From: an uncultured delta proteobacterium
GTDB lineage: Bacteria > Myxococcota_A > Polyangia > Polyangiales > Polyangiaceae
Direction of reading: 5' to 3'
DNA length: 64,000 nucleotides
NCBI GenBank assembly: GCA_963716725.1
Contig: CAVQUB010000005.1
Span: 384,001 to 448,000, forward strand
The notes under the pieces are model-generated. The model saw nothing but the letters and a program-made list of their open reading frames with translations, searched no databases and was not told where the DNA came from. Both the position numbers and the translations under genes were made by a program. Below, one piece after another: positions 9,318 through 22,201 of the stretch. Each line of letters opens with the position of its first letter. Position 1 is the stretch's first letter.

Positions 9318-10009
9318 CCTCCCCGCACGAATCCCTTCCAGAGCTACAGTGGCGCGAGCCTCCCGCCCCCGGTGCGGAGGTGTCAGCCGCGATCCGAAAG
9401 ACCTGCACTCAGGACCTGAGCAAGGGTCGCGGCCTCGCGGCGTGGCAGCGCTCGGTGCTGTCGGTCGTCGTGTCCGGGGGCGTCGTCGCGGCGCTGATTG
9501 GTCTGTTCCTGCCCAAGGCGAGGGATTCGGAGACCCTCCGCGCGACCTTGCTCGCGGCCGCGGGCTGGGGCGTCGTTCACCTGGCAGTGCTCCTGGCGGG
9601 GCTGGCCCGACCCCCCGGCAAGCGCGGATCGCGGGAGCTGCGTTGGGCCATCGCATTGGGGCTGCCCCTGGCCTTCTTCGGCTACCTCGCGCTGGCTGCC
9701 CACACCACGCTGCCCTTCGCGCGCTTCCTTCAAGAAGACACCCACGCGCCGACTTGTGGCCTCTTCACGCTGATGTTCGGTGCCGCCGCGGCCGGGGGCA
9801 CGCTCTTGGCCTGGCGACGGACTGATCCGCTGACGCCGGGCGTCTCGGGAGCGCTCGCGGGGCTGTGTGGAGGGTTGGCGGCGGCGGCCGGCATCGGGGT
9901 CGCGTGTCCGTCCCACGAGGCCTGGCACTTGTGGCTGGCCCACGGTTCGACCGTGGTGATCTTCGTGGCGGTGGGCTGGGCCGTAGGCCGGAAGTGGCTC
10001 ACGCCCTGA
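9314..10009 (+). CDS. Multi-pass anti-sigma factor (NrsF/DUF1109-like)
   Basis: ATGA overlap with the sigma gene; about 6 TM helices; C-terminal GxxxG...ACP...HLWLAH motif. Confidence 0.7.
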   Translation: MTSPHESLPELQWREPPAPGAEVSAAIRKTCTQDLSKGRGLAAWQRSVLSVVVSGGVVAALIGLFLPKARDSETLRATLLAAAGWGVVHLAVLLAGLARPPGKRGSRELRWAIALGLPLAFFGYLALAAHTTLPFARFLQEDTHAPTCGLFTLMFGAAAAGGTLLAWRRTDPLTPGVSGALAGLCGGLAAAAGIGVACPSHEAWHLWLAHGSTVVIFVAVGWAVGRKWLTP

Positions 10010-10018
10010 CGTGAGCGG

Positions 10019-10814
10019 TCAGGGCGCGGCGCTCGGCGCGGGCGCGGGCGCCGCGGAGCCCGATGGCGCGGGCGGTGGATCGGGCGCCTTGGGCGGAGGC
10101 GGATTCTGCAGCGCCTCGGCCGCTCACCTTCCACTGGGCGCCTTCTTGCTCCAACGTGTAGACCACGGTCTCGTTGCCGCCGGCGCCACCCCGAGACGCG
10201 ACCCGCACCTTGGCGCTGCCCGGAGCGCGGGAGAGCAGAGCTGCTGTCGCGAGGGCTTGCCCCTCGACTGCCTTCTTCTTGGCGTCGCAGCCTGCGCTGT
10301 CCTTCTCGCAGTCCCCTTGGGCTTTCTGAAGCTCGTCGGCGATGCTGCCCTTGGCGAGCTCGAGGGCTCCCTTGAAGTCGTAGGAGTTCCATCGCTGCTG
10401 AAGCTCGAGTGCCGCACCCTTCGGATCGCGTGAGAGATCTGCGGTGGTCACCTCGCGGGGCTTGCGCGTCTGCGCGGGGTGAGCGTTGCAGGCGAAGCGC
10501 GCCGAGCCCCACATGATCAGCGTCGCGCCGGCCATGACACCCAACATGATCAGTGTTTGGCGGCTGGGGGCAGCGATCTCCTTTTCCGGCGGGAGCGCCT
10601 GCCTGGCCGGTTCGGAGCGACGTCGCTTCGGCTCGCGCGGCGCGGTCGCCGTCGCGTTCGATGCCCGCTTCTTGGCTGGGGGGGAGGGTTCGTCGTCGTC
10701 GTCGTCGTCGTCGCGGTCGACTGCCTTGGCGGGCGCGTCTTCACGCTCGTCTTCGGCCTCGTCGGCCTCGTCGGCCTCGTCGTCGTCGCGTCCGCGGTCC
10801 TGCTCGTCCGCCAT
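10019..10814 (-). CDS. Hypothetical single-TM protein with acidic N-terminus (frameshift near 10120)
   Basis: MADEQDRGRDDDEADE..., TM LIMLGVMAGATLIMW, Cys-containing periplasmic part. A Pro/Ala tail in another frame ends at TGA 10019-10021. Confidence 0.6.
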
Positions 10815-10964
10815 GGGGCACGAAGCATCTATGGACCGGGGCCCTTGCGCAACCGGATTCCGTGAACCGGCACCACCCGGTTTTTCCTTTGGTTTCCAAG
10901 ACTTGAGTTGGCGCTCGAAGAAAATCGGAAACCCGCGACCGCCACGTGCCGACCGAGAGCGCAA

Positions 10965-11888
10965 ATGCGTGCCTCCCTCACTTGGCTCGTCGGGGTGTTC
11001 CTTGCGTCTTTGTTCGGCTGCAAGGGCGCCGCGCCGCTGCCGCCAAAGGCCATCGAGCTGAACCGCGCCGGGGTCGAGGCCCTCGAGCAAGGCGATCTCG
11101 AGACGGCCGACGCTCGCTTCGCGCTGGCGCTCGAGTACAACCCTCGCTTCGTCGAGGCCTTGGTCAATCAGGGTCTGGTCGAGCTGCAGCGGGGTAACTT
11201 TCGCCACGCACGCCAGCTGTTGACGCGCGCGCGCAGAATCAACCCGGATGTCGCGCAGCCGCATCACGGCCTCGGCGTCCTCGCCGAACGCGAGCGCCGA
11301 CCCGACATTGCCGCCAAACACTACGACGAGGCACTGAAGGTCGATCCGGGTTTTTCCGCTGCCCGCACCAACCTCGCTCGCCTACTCTTCGAAGCAGGCC
11401 GCTACGAACATGCGCGTGTGCAGTTCAAGCGCCTCACGGAGGTGGCACCGCTCGACCCGGCCGGCTTCGTGGGCCTGACCGAGAGCCTACTGCAACTCGG
11501 TCGCCGCGACGAAGCAGACGCTCTGGTCGCCGTTGGAGCGAAGCGTTTTCCGGAGTCCGCCCCGTTGAAGATCCTCTCGGCTCGTCGGCTCCTGCGCAAC
11601 AACGACATCGGCGGGGCCATCACGCTCCTCCTGCCCCTGGCGGCTGCACGGGACGACACGGCGGTAGCGGCGCTCGGCTGGCTCGCTACCGCCGAGCTGG
11701 CGCGAGGGCGCACGCGCCACGCAGTCGGCGCTGCGGAGCGGGCCCTGGCCCTCGACCCCCAAGATCCCGTCGCCGTGTACGCGATGGCCGCTGCGCTGAC
11801 CGAGCTTCGGGACCCGGGCGCGCGGACCTGGGTCGATCGGGCCGAGCAGCTGGCGCCCGGAGTCGCACGGAACATCCCGCCGCGCTAG
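10965..11888 (+). CDS. TPR-repeat lipoprotein
   Basis: Lipobox LFGC; repeated TPR patterns (ALEYNPRFVEALVNQG, ALKVDPGFSAARTNLA). Confidence 0.85.
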   Translation: MRASLTWLVGVFLASLFGCKGAAPLPPKAIELNRAGVEALEQGDLETADARFALALEYNPRFVEALVNQGLVELQRGNFRHARQLLTRARRINPDVAQPHHGLGVLAERERRPDIAAKHYDEALKVDPGFSAARTNLARLLFEAGRYEHARVQFKRLTEVAPLDPAGFVGLTESLLQLGRRDEADALVAVGAKRFPESAPLKILSARRLLRNNDIGGAITLLLPLAAARDDTAVAALGWLATAELARGRTRHAVGAAERALALDPQDPVAVYAMAAALTELRDPGARTWVDRAEQLAPGVARNIPPR

Positions 11889-11909
11889 GTCGAGTATGCT
11901 GCGCCGGCC

Positions 11910-12596
11910 GTGGCCACCGCCGCCCTCCGCCCTGCTGCCTCGTCCGCGAGGCGACGAAGCCTTCTGCCTCTGGTGAGGCTCCACGACACCTGCCTGCGGA
12001 GTCGGCTCGGCGCGCAGTTCGGGAAGCTCGCCGCGTGGGCGGTCACCCTCGGCTATCTGATCGCGATGCCCTTCGGCGCCCGTGCCCTGTCGGGGGACGC
12101 GTCGGACAAGGTCGTGGGGAGCGCCTTGGCTTGGCTGACCTGGCTCGTGGGCTCCGCGCTGGCGCTCTCGGCGGTCTCGCGCGGCACCGACGAAGCGCCG
12201 GTGCGTGCCCTCGCGCTGTCGCGCGGGTTCTCGCTTCGAGCCAGCGAGCGAGCTGAGCTCTTGGCCGTTGGCCGGCGCATGCTGCGAGTGGTCGGGCTGC
12301 CGGCCATGCTGCTTGCCGTCTTCGCGCTGTCGCTGTCGCGCAACCTGCATACGGCCGTGGCCCGAGCGCTCCTCGTGCTGGGTGTCTTGGGCTACGTCCT
12401 TTTGATCTGCGTGCTCGTCGTGGTGCTGGTGCGGGTCGCCCGCGTGCTTGGCAGCCGTCGCCCGCGGTCGGCGTTGCTTGCGTTGGTCATTCTGCCCGAC
12501 ATGTTGAGGGGGCTGTTCCCGAGCGTCCCGAGCGTGCCGGCGCTGACGGGCTTCCTGGCCACCGAGCTGATGCGGATCGGAGCTCACCTCCGATGA
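11910..12596 (+). CDS. Multi-pass membrane protein (ABC-2 permease-like)
   Basis: About 5-6 hydrophobic segments; coupled to the ABC-like gene. Confidence 0.55.
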   Translation: MATAALRPAASSARRRSLLPLVRLHDTCLRSRLGAQFGKLAAWAVTLGYLIAMPFGARALSGDASDKVVGSALAWLTWLVGSALALSAVSRGTDEAPVRALALSRGFSLRASERAELLAVGRRMLRVVGLPAMLLAVFALSLSRNLHTAVARALLVLGVLGYVLLICVLVVVLVRVARVLGSRRPRSALLALVILPDMLRGLFPSVPSVPALTGFLATELMRIGAHLR

Positions 12597-13622
12597 CCGA
12601 ACTCGTGCTCGAAGGGGTGTTCCAGGGCGCGCTCGCTGGCGCGTCGCTGTCCGCCACCGCAGGGCTCAACGTGGTCCTCGCGGCTCCGTCCGACGGCGCT
12701 GCGGATTTCGGCTGCGGTGATCGGCGGGCTCGTCGTGCCTCGACGCGGGGTGGTGCGCGTGGGCGGAGTCGATCCAGCGCGCTCACCCGAGACGCGAGCG
12801 CGGATCGGCTTGGTCCTGTCGAGCGAACCTGCCTTCCTTGCGCGAAGTACCGCCGAAGCGGTGCGCCAGGTGCTCGAGTTGCGCGGCCAGAGCCAAGATC
12901 CCGGGGCGATGCTCGCCGATCACGGTCTGGGGTCCATCGCGAACGTGCCGCCCGCGCGCCTCGATCTTCGCATGCGCCGACGGGTCGCGTGGGCCCTGGC
13001 GCTCTCGATCCCAGAACCGCTCGCGCTGGTCATTCACGAGCCGTTTTCGCTGGGCGTCGAAGGCGTCGCCCGCGCAATGAGCCTCCGTGCCGAGGCCGGA
13101 ACGATCGTCGTGGCCATGACCTCGAGCCCGCGCGACGCCTCCGAGTTGGGCGGATCGTTGGTGCTGCTCGACCGCGGTCGCTTCGTGCGCCGACCCGGGA
13201 CCCCGCTCTCCGCCGAGCTCGCGCCCGGGGCGCGCGCGACGTTGCGCGTGCGTACTTCCGCTGCGCGTGCGCTGGCCCACGCGCTGGTGGTGGACCCGGA
13301 TGTCGAGTCCCTCGACTGGGACGAGGCGCAGCGCTCGGGCGAGCTCCGTGTGCGCGGTCCGGAGCTGGAGCGGATTTCCTTGGCAGTGCTTCGGAACGCG
13401 CGTGCGGTGAACGCGCCGTTGATCTCCGTCGAGGCCGGCTTGCCCGCGCTCGACGAGGTGCGAGCCGCGACCGAGGGGCTCTGGCGGGCCGCCTACGACA
13501 ACGCCGTGCGTGCCGCCGCCGCCCATGGTCGCGAGCGTGAAGAACGCGGGCGCTTGGCAGCGCTGCCTGCGGCTGCGCCTTCGTCGCCGCCACCGGACGC
13601 CAATGAGGGTCCGACCTCATGA
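12593..13622 (+). CDS. Degenerate ABC ATPase-like protein (frameshift near 12705)
   Basis: ABC scaffold visible (IGGLVVPRRGVVRVGG, RIGLV, RRRVAWALAL..P..LVIHEP, LVLLDRGRFV) but Walker A, signature, Walker B and H-loop are all substituted. Confidence 0.55.
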
Positions 13623-14305
13623 GCGCCTTCGTCGCAGGCGTCCGGCTGGTGCGCTTTCGCCTCGCGTCGCGTTCCAGCGTGCTCGGGCTTGCGTTGGCGG
13701 TCGCCGCCGTGTCCGTCGCGGCCTGGCTCGAACGTCGTTCCGGCTCCAACGTCGCCGCCGATCGCGCGCTCACGGGCGTCGCCCTAGGGCTCGTGCTGCC
13801 GCTGCTTTCCCACGGCACCGTCGCGCGCGCCTTGGCGGGCACGCACTTCGAGACGTCGCTCTCGGAGCTGGCTCGCTTTGGTGGAAACCGACGGGTCATC
13901 GCCCTTGGTGTGGGCATGGCCCTGGCGCTGGTGCTCGCGATCTCCGGCGCACTGGTGGCCGCGGCCGCCGTCGTCGTGGTGCGTGCGCCCGCGGATCCCG
14001 CACTGGTCCAGGACCTGGTCACCAGCACCTGGATCGGGGCTCTCGCGGGCGCGAGCTATGCCGCCTGGTTCGGTCTGGGATCGACGATTGGGCGCGCCGG
14101 CGGTGGGCGGACCGCGCTCCTGATCATCGACTTCATCGCGGGGGCCAGCGCGGGACTCTCCGCGATGTTCTGGCCTCGGGGCCACATCCGTAACTTGCTG
14201 GGCGGTGAGCCGGTGTGGGCGATGCCGCAGTGGAGTGCCACGCTGGCACTGCTCTTGCTCACGGCCGCCTATTTCGCGTTGAGTCTATGGCGTGTGCGGC
14301 GGTGA
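13619..14305 (+). CDS. Multi-pass membrane protein (ABC-2 permease-like)
   Basis: About 6 TM segments; ATGA overlap with the upstream gene. Confidence 0.6.
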   Translation: MSAFVAGVRLVRFRLASRSSVLGLALAVAAVSVAAWLERRSGSNVAADRALTGVALGLVLPLLSHGTVARALAGTHFETSLSELARFGGNRRVIALGVGMALALVLAISGALVAAAAVVVVRAPADPALVQDLVTSTWIGALAGASYAAWFGLGSTIGRAGGGRTALLIIDFIAGASAGLSAMFWPRGHIRNLLGGEPVWAMPQWSATLALLLLTAAYFALSLWRVRR

Positions 14306-14375
14306 GCCCGCGGCTCCTCGTCGCCAGGGCAGGGAGCTGGCCCGGACAGAGTGGGCGCGCTAGGCTTCCGCGGCC

Positions 14376-15101
14376 GTGAGGGGCATCATCCTACAAGCCG
14401 AAAGCCACGATTCGCTCGCGCTGCAAATGGAGGCCGGTGGGGACGAGCAGGAGCTCGAGCTGCCCTGCGCCGACGGCCTCAGGGACGGCGAGTGGGTGCT
14501 CGCGACCTTTTCGGTCGGAGAAGAGTCCACTGCGGTGGCGGCCTGTGTGGTCGATCGCGGCGACGGGCTGAGACTCGCGCTCACCGAGCGTGACTGGTCG
14601 CGGCTCTGGCAATTCGCCAATTCGGACGAGCCGCCGTCGATTCCGCCGCCGAGCATGCCCCTGCCGGCCTTCGAGGTGCGCGCACCAATGGATGCCTGCG
14701 TATTGATCGTCGACGATGACGCCGACCTGCAAAACGTCGTGTGCGCCATGCTCAAGTCGGCGGGCTTTCGCACCTCGGCGGTGTCCAGCGCTGAAGAGGC
14801 CTTCGACCTGCTGCGCGAGTCCCGTCCGGACCTGATGGTGCTGGACTGGAACCTGCCCGGGATGAGCGGGGTCGAATTCTGCCGCCGTCTGCGGAAAGAG
14901 CCACGCCTGGGCCGCCTGCCGGTGTTGTTCCTGACGGCTCACTCATCCACGAGCGACATCGTAGAGGCGTTTTCGGCGGGCGCGGATGACTTCGTGAGCA
15001 AGCCCTTTCGCGCGCCCGAGCTGGCGGCGCGGGTCCTTGGACTGATCCGGCGCGCGCAGATGCCGCCGCAGTCGGTGCGCAGCGGCGCCTCGAGTCCCTG
15101 A
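14376..15101 (+). CDS. Response regulator: unknown N-terminal domain plus C-terminal receiver domain
   Basis: VLIVDDD...DWNLPGMSG...FLTA...GADDFVSKPF; no DNA-binding output domain. Confidence 0.85.
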   Translation: MRGIILQAESHDSLALQMEAGGDEQELELPCADGLRDGEWVLATFSVGEESTAVAACVVDRGDGLRLALTERDWSRLWQFANSDEPPSIPPPSMPLPAFEVRAPMDACVLIVDDDADLQNVVCAMLKSAGFRTSAVSSAEEAFDLLRESRPDLMVLDWNLPGMSGVEFCRRLRKEPRLGRLPVLFLTAHSSTSDIVEAFSAGADDFVSKPFRAPELAARVLGLIRRAQMPPQSVRSGASSP

Positions 15102-15104
15102 GAC

Positions 15105-16735
15105 TCACTGCTGTTCGCGGAAGGCTTCGGCTGGCCGGAGCCGCGAGGCGTACATCGCCGGCCAGACGGTGGCCGCAAGGCACACCAGGACCGCGAACAC
15201 GCCGATCATCGCGAACTCGAAGGGTTTCACCTGAACAGGAAGACGCGAAATGAAATACACCTTTGGGTCGAGCGGGAAGCCGTAGATCAACAGCCCCTTG
15301 CAGAACAAGAGGCCGAGGCCGAGGCCTATCGATGCGCCGATCAGGCCGATGATGGCGCCCTGGTACAAGAACGAACGAAGCAACGCCGAGTCGCTCGCCC
15401 CCATGGCCTTCATCACGGCGATCTCCTTCTTCTTGTCGAGCACTACCATGATCAAGGTCGCGATGACGGTGAACGCGGCGACCACGATGATCAGAGCAAG
15501 CACCAGGCTCATCAGAATCTGCTGGATACGCAGCGCGGTGAACAAGCCGTGGTTCAGCTCTTCCCAGTCCATGGTGTGGTAGATGCCGTCCGCTAGTCTT
15601 TCGTCGAGCTGGCGCGCGACCTCGCGGGCCTGTTCGATGTCCTTCACCTTCATTTCGATGCCGGTGACGCTGTCTCCGGAGTCGCCGAACACCTGCGCTT
15701 CGTACAGGTCGGTGTAGACCAGCTTCGAGTCGTACTGATCGAAACCCGCGTCGAACACGGCGATCACCCGGAACTGCTTGGCGACGGGCGCGAGCACGGC
15801 GCCGTGCGAATAGGCGTAACCCACCGTGGGAGAGGTCACCTGCACACACGAGCCGAGCTCGAGTTGCAGGTTCTCTTTCAACGTCTTGCCCACGATGATG
15901 CCCGGGAGGCGCTTCACGCTGGCCGGATCCCGGCAGGGGTCTGGGTCCACGTCGGCGGGCAATAGGTCCTCGTCCGGCAGCGCCGTCGCAAAGCCTCCAT
16001 CGGGCTCGATGGCGCCCGCCGGCGCGCCGCCGTCGAGGTCGTCAGCGGCGGGCTCGCCCTCCGACGCTTCGTCGTCGTGCACAGCGAGCGTGCTGGTGTC
16101 GTCCGCTGCTGCGCCCGCGCCCGCGCTCGCCCCCGGTCGCCCGCGCCCGCGTCGCCCGCGCCCACGCCCGCGTCCTCAGCAAGCACGATCTGCTTTTCGA
16201 TCTCGAGCAGCAGCGGGTTCCTCCCGCCGTCGACGCCGCTCTTCTTCGGGCTGGGTATCGAGGGGTCGTCGAAGAGGCTCTTGCGTCGTCGCGCCGGCGG
16301 CGTCGAGTTGGCGAGGCGCAGCCCCTCGACGTTGCCCTCGACGATGTGCCGCGGAAGATCGAGCACGGTGGGCATCCGGACCGGATCGACGCCCTTCAAC
16401 AAGACGCCGGTGGCAGACCGCTCACCGTGCGTGACCATCATCGGGTTGATGACGAAGGGCGCAATGCCGGTGATGCCCGGAAGGTCCTCCACCTTCTGCA
16501 TCACCTCGCGGTACTCGCGGAAGTCGCTCGAGTACTTCAAGATCAGTACGTGCGCGTTGACGCCGAGGACCTTCTCGCGAAACTGCGCGCGAAAGCCGCC
16601 GGTCACGCTCATCACCGTCGCGAGGGCGGCTACTCCGAGCGCGACGCCCAGAATGGCGAAGACGGTGCCGACGGAGACAAACGCCCGCTTCTTCGACCGC
16701 ATGTACCGGAGAGCGAGGTCGAGAGGGAATCCCAT
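15105..16735 (-). CDS. lolC: Lipoprotein-releasing ABC transporter permease LolC/E family (frameshift near 16130)
   Basis: ALRYMRSKK...GVALGVAALATVMSVTGGF...; C-terminal VAAFTVIATLIMVVLDKKKEIAVMKAMGA...VYFISRLP...PAEAFR. Confidence 0.85.
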
Positions 16736-16951
16736 CTTAGCGGCCCATGTAGCAGACGGTGCGCGGAGGACGACAGCCCAAACTAGCCCCGCATTCCCGC
16801 GCAATTAGCCGGCGCTCGCTCGGGCAGGCGCTCTCCGACCCACCCGCGGTGCGCTCGATGAACCCATGAGCAGTGCCCTCGCGGGCCGTCATCCCGTGAA
16901 AAGTGGAGTAAGATTAGAGCCTCGCGTAGCTTTTCTCGGACCCTCCCCCGC

Positions 16952-18610
16952 ATGAGTGACGGCATCGACAGACGAGCGCCCGGCGCCCCAGCCCAGGCGG
17001 CCCCCGCTGCCCCGGCCAGCGAGCAGGCGCCGCTCAAGTTGGTCACGGTGGTCACTTCTTCGATCGTGGACTTCGAGTCCGAGACCAGTCAGGTCACGCG
17101 AGTTCCGACGGAAAAGGAGCGGTCGGATCCGTACATCGGCACCACCATCGATGGACGCTACCGCGTCGAGCGCATCATCGGCGAAGGCGGGATGGGCGTC
17201 GTCTACCGCTGCATTCACACGATCATCGGCAAGAAGGTCGCGATGAAAGTGCTGCGGGCAGACCTGGCTCGCGACAAAGAAGTGACCGAGCGTTTCTTGA
17301 ACGAAGCGCGGGCCGCCTCGGCTATCGGCAACGAGCACATCATCGACATCAGCGACTTCGGTCTCTTGCCCGACGGCTCCACCTACTTCGTGATGGAGTT
17401 CCTCGAAGGAGACCCGCTCACGAGCATCGTCGGGGGCGGCTCGCCGGTCCCGGTGAAGCGCCTGGTCGGTATCGCCCGCCAGCTCGCCGAGGGCCTGGCG
17501 GCCGCTCATGCTGCGGGCATCGTTCATCGCGACCTGAAGCCCGACAACATCCACCTGATCAACCGCGGTGGCGAAAAAGACTTCGTCAAGATCCTGGACT
17601 TCGGCATCGCCAAGGTGACGACCAGCGCCGAGGGTCGCCTGACCCGCGCCGGCGCGGTCTTCGGCACCCCGCACTACATGGCGCCCGAACAGGCCGCCGG
17701 CGCTCCCGTCGACCACCGCGGCGACATCTACTCATTCGGCGTGATTCTCTACGAGCTCGCCAGCGGCAAAGTGCCCTTCGACGCCGACAACTTCATGGGG
17801 ATCCTCACCCAGCACATGTACAAAGCGCCGGTCCCCATCCGCGCGCTCGTGCCTCAGCCTCAAGAGGTTCCGCCGGGGCTCGAGGCCATCGTGCTCAAAT
17901 GCCTCTCGAAGCGCCCCGAACAGCGCTATCAGTCGATGGCGGAGATCACCGAAGATCTCGACAAACTGACGGCGGGTGGGATCCCCGCGGCGGTCCCCGA
18001 GATGATGAACCGCTCCGGCGGGTTCAACGTCCCGGCGGACTACTTCAAGACCGGTGCCGCGGCGGGCATGCCCGCGCCGATCCCGGCGTCTCCGCCCGAG
18101 CTCGGCTTCACTCGCTCCAAGTGGCCCCTCTACGCTGGCGTCGCCGGCGTGCTCACCGCGGTCGGCATCGTCGTGGGCATCTTCGCTTTTGGCTCGGACA
18201 GCACCGCTCAGCCCGACGCCACCGTGACCGCGGCGCCTGTGTCTCCGCCTCCGCCGCTGCCTCCCGAGCCCCCGGCCAAACCCGCCAAGCCGTCGACCAC
18301 GCAGGTCGTGATCGCCATCGAACCCATCGACGCGGAGGTGTTCGTGGGCGACAAGAACCTGGGGTCGAGCCCCGTGCTCCTCGAGCTCGCCGAGGGAGAG
18401 AAGAAGCAGGTCGAGATCAAGCGCGCCGGTTTCAAACCCAAGTCGCTCACGGTCGACGCGTCGGAGCCCAAGCTGTCCGTCAAGCTCGCGCGCGTCCCCG
18501 GCGCTCGTTACATCCCGCCGGTCAAGAAGCCGGAAGAAAAGAAGCCGGGCGGCAAGCCCGGAGGCAAGCCCGGCGGCGGGGATCCGGCCATCGTCAATCC
18601 GTGGAAGTGA
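16952..18610 (+). CDS. Transmembrane Ser/Thr protein kinase with C-terminal PEGA-like domain
   Basis: IGEGGMGVVY, VAMK, HRDLKPDN, DFG, GTPHYMAPE; TM helix; PIDAEVFVG...LGSSP...GFKP. Confidence 0.92.
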   Translation: MSDGIDRRAPGAPAQAAPAAPASEQAPLKLVTVVTSSIVDFESETSQVTRVPTEKERSDPYIGTTIDGRYRVERIIGEGGMGVVYRCIHTIIGKKVAMKVLRADLARDKEVTERFLNEARAASAIGNEHIIDISDFGLLPDGSTYFVMEFLEGDPLTSIVGGGSPVPVKRLVGIARQLAEGLAAAHAAGIVHRDLKPDNIHLINRGGEKDFVKILDFGIAKVTTSAEGRLTRAGAVFGTPHYMAPEQAAGAPVDHRGDIYSFGVILYELASGKVPFDADNFMGILTQHMYKAPVPIRALVPQPQEVPPGLEAIVLKCLSKRPEQRYQSMAEITEDLDKLTAGGIPAAVPEMMNRSGGFNVPADYFKTGAAAGMPAPIPASPPELGFTRSKWPLYAGVAGVLTAVGIVVGIFAFGSDSTAQPDATVTAAPVSPPPPLPPEPPAKPAKPSTTQVVIAIEPIDAEVFVGDKNLGSSPVLLELAEGEKKQVEIKRAGFKPKSLTVDASEPKLSVKLARVPGARYIPPVKKPEEKKPGGKPGGKPGGGDPAIVNPWK

Positions 18611-18635
18611 CCTGCCGCCGTCCCAGAGGTGCCGC

Positions 18636-20039
18636 GTGAGCGCAGTTCCCACACGTGCGCTCGAGCGCTCGCTGCCCCAAGAGCTGCGCGGCCTGTGTCA
18701 GCGACTGCGCGAGGCCGGCTATCGCTCGTGGGTGGTCGGGGGCTGCGTCCGCGACCACGTGCTCGAGGAGCTCCGGGGCGCGAGCTTCGGGGGCGTGCGC
18801 AACGACTGGGACGTCGCCACCAACGCGCTGCCAGAGGCGGTCATGAGCCTGTTTCGCCGTGTCGTGCCCACGGGCATCAAGCACGGCACCGTGACCGTGC
18901 TGCTCGACGGTGTCGGCTACGAAGTGACCACGCTGCGCGGCGAAACGAGCTACTCCGACGGCAGGCGCCCGGACTCGGTGTACTTCGTCGACGACATCGT
19001 CGCCGATCTCGCGCGGCGCGACTTCACCATCAACGCGATGGCCTTCGACCCGTTGGAGGGCTCGCTGATCGACCCCTTTGACGGCATGGGCGACCTGAAG
19101 ATGGGCATGCTCCGCGCCGTGGGCAATGCGGCGGAGCGCTTTGCCGAGGACGGGCTGCGCGTGCTGCGCGCCGCGCGCTTCGCCGCGACCCTCGAGGTCG
19201 AGATCGAGCCGGCGACCGCTCGCGCCATCGAGCCTTCGCTCGCGAGCTACGCCAAAGTCAGCCCCGAGCGCATCCGAGACGAGTGGATGAAGAGCATGAA
19301 GGCGGCTCGTCCGAGCCGGGCCTTCGAGGTGATGAAGGACCACGGGCTCTTGGCCATCAGCGCTCCGGAGCTCCTCGAATCCGTGGACTGTCAGCAGAAC
19401 CGCCATCACCACTTCGATGTTTGGGGACACAGCATGGCCTGTCTCGATGCGTGCCCAGAGAGCCCCGTGCTGCGAGTCGCGGGTCTGTTGCACGACGTCG
19501 GAAAGCCACGCTCGCGAGCATTCAGCGACAAGACCAACGACTACACTTTCTACGAGCACGAGCGCATCGGCGCCGAAATCGCCGAGCCGCTGCTGGCGCG
19601 CCTGCGCTTCTCCAACGACGAACGTGCCCGGATCGTCGGCCTCGTGCGCCACCACCTGATTTGCTACGAAGACTCGTGGTCCGACGCTGCGGTGCGCCGC
19701 TGGATCAAGCGAGTTTCTCCGGATTTGTTGCTGGAGCTCTACGAGCTCAACCGAGCCGACGTCCTGGGCAAGGGGCGCGACGCGAGCGACGATCTCGACC
19801 GGCTGAGCTCGCTCAAAGCGCGAGTGGCCCGGCTGATGGCCGCCGGCGCGGCAATGTCGCCCAAAGACCTTGCCGTCAATGGCCACGACCTGATGAACGA
19901 GCTGGGCATCAGGGGCGGGCCGGAGCTAGGTCGGGTGCTCGTGACGTTGCTCGACGAGGTGATCGAGACGCCCGAGCTCAACCAACGAGAGACGCTCATC
20001 GAGCGCGCTCGCGAACTCTTGAGCGGTGGTGGAGCGTGA
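18636..20039 (+). CDS. cca: CCA-adding tRNA nucleotidyltransferase with HD domain
   Basis: VGGCVRD, DWDVAT, EVTTLR, DLARRDFTINAMA, RFAEDGLRVLRAARF, ERIRDE, LLHDVGKP. Confidence 0.9.
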   Translation: MSAVPTRALERSLPQELRGLCQRLREAGYRSWVVGGCVRDHVLEELRGASFGGVRNDWDVATNALPEAVMSLFRRVVPTGIKHGTVTVLLDGVGYEVTTLRGETSYSDGRRPDSVYFVDDIVADLARRDFTINAMAFDPLEGSLIDPFDGMGDLKMGMLRAVGNAAERFAEDGLRVLRAARFAATLEVEIEPATARAIEPSLASYAKVSPERIRDEWMKSMKAARPSRAFEVMKDHGLLAISAPELLESVDCQQNRHHHFDVWGHSMACLDACPESPVLRVAGLLHDVGKPRSRAFSDKTNDYTFYEHERIGAEIAEPLLARLRFSNDERARIVGLVRHHLICYEDSWSDAAVRRWIKRVSPDLLLELYELNRADVLGKGRDASDDLDRLSSLKARVARLMAAGAAMSPKDLAVNGHDLMNELGIRGGPELGRVLVTLLDEVIETPELNQRETLIERARELLSGGGA

Positions 20040-20149
20040 TCCGGGCGCGTTGGCTCGCCGTGGCTGCAGGCGAGCAGCTCAGCCACTTCCTCCGGCCCGA
20101 TGCCAAGCTGGAGACGAACTGCAGCGCCGTCTGCGATCCCGAGTGAGCT

Positions 20150-22087
<1,938 letters not shown>

Positions 22088-22201
22088 TGAGGGACCTCGG
22101 GACCAGAAGACGTCTATTGATGATCGGCGCAGGTGGGGCCGACCCCATGGAGCATACGATTATGAACGGCGTCCGTCGATTTGGTGGCCGTCAAAGGCTG
22201 A

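Noticed and set aside
20036..20146. 36-codon ORF overlapping the cca stop
   Set aside because: Too short, with no recognisable motif.
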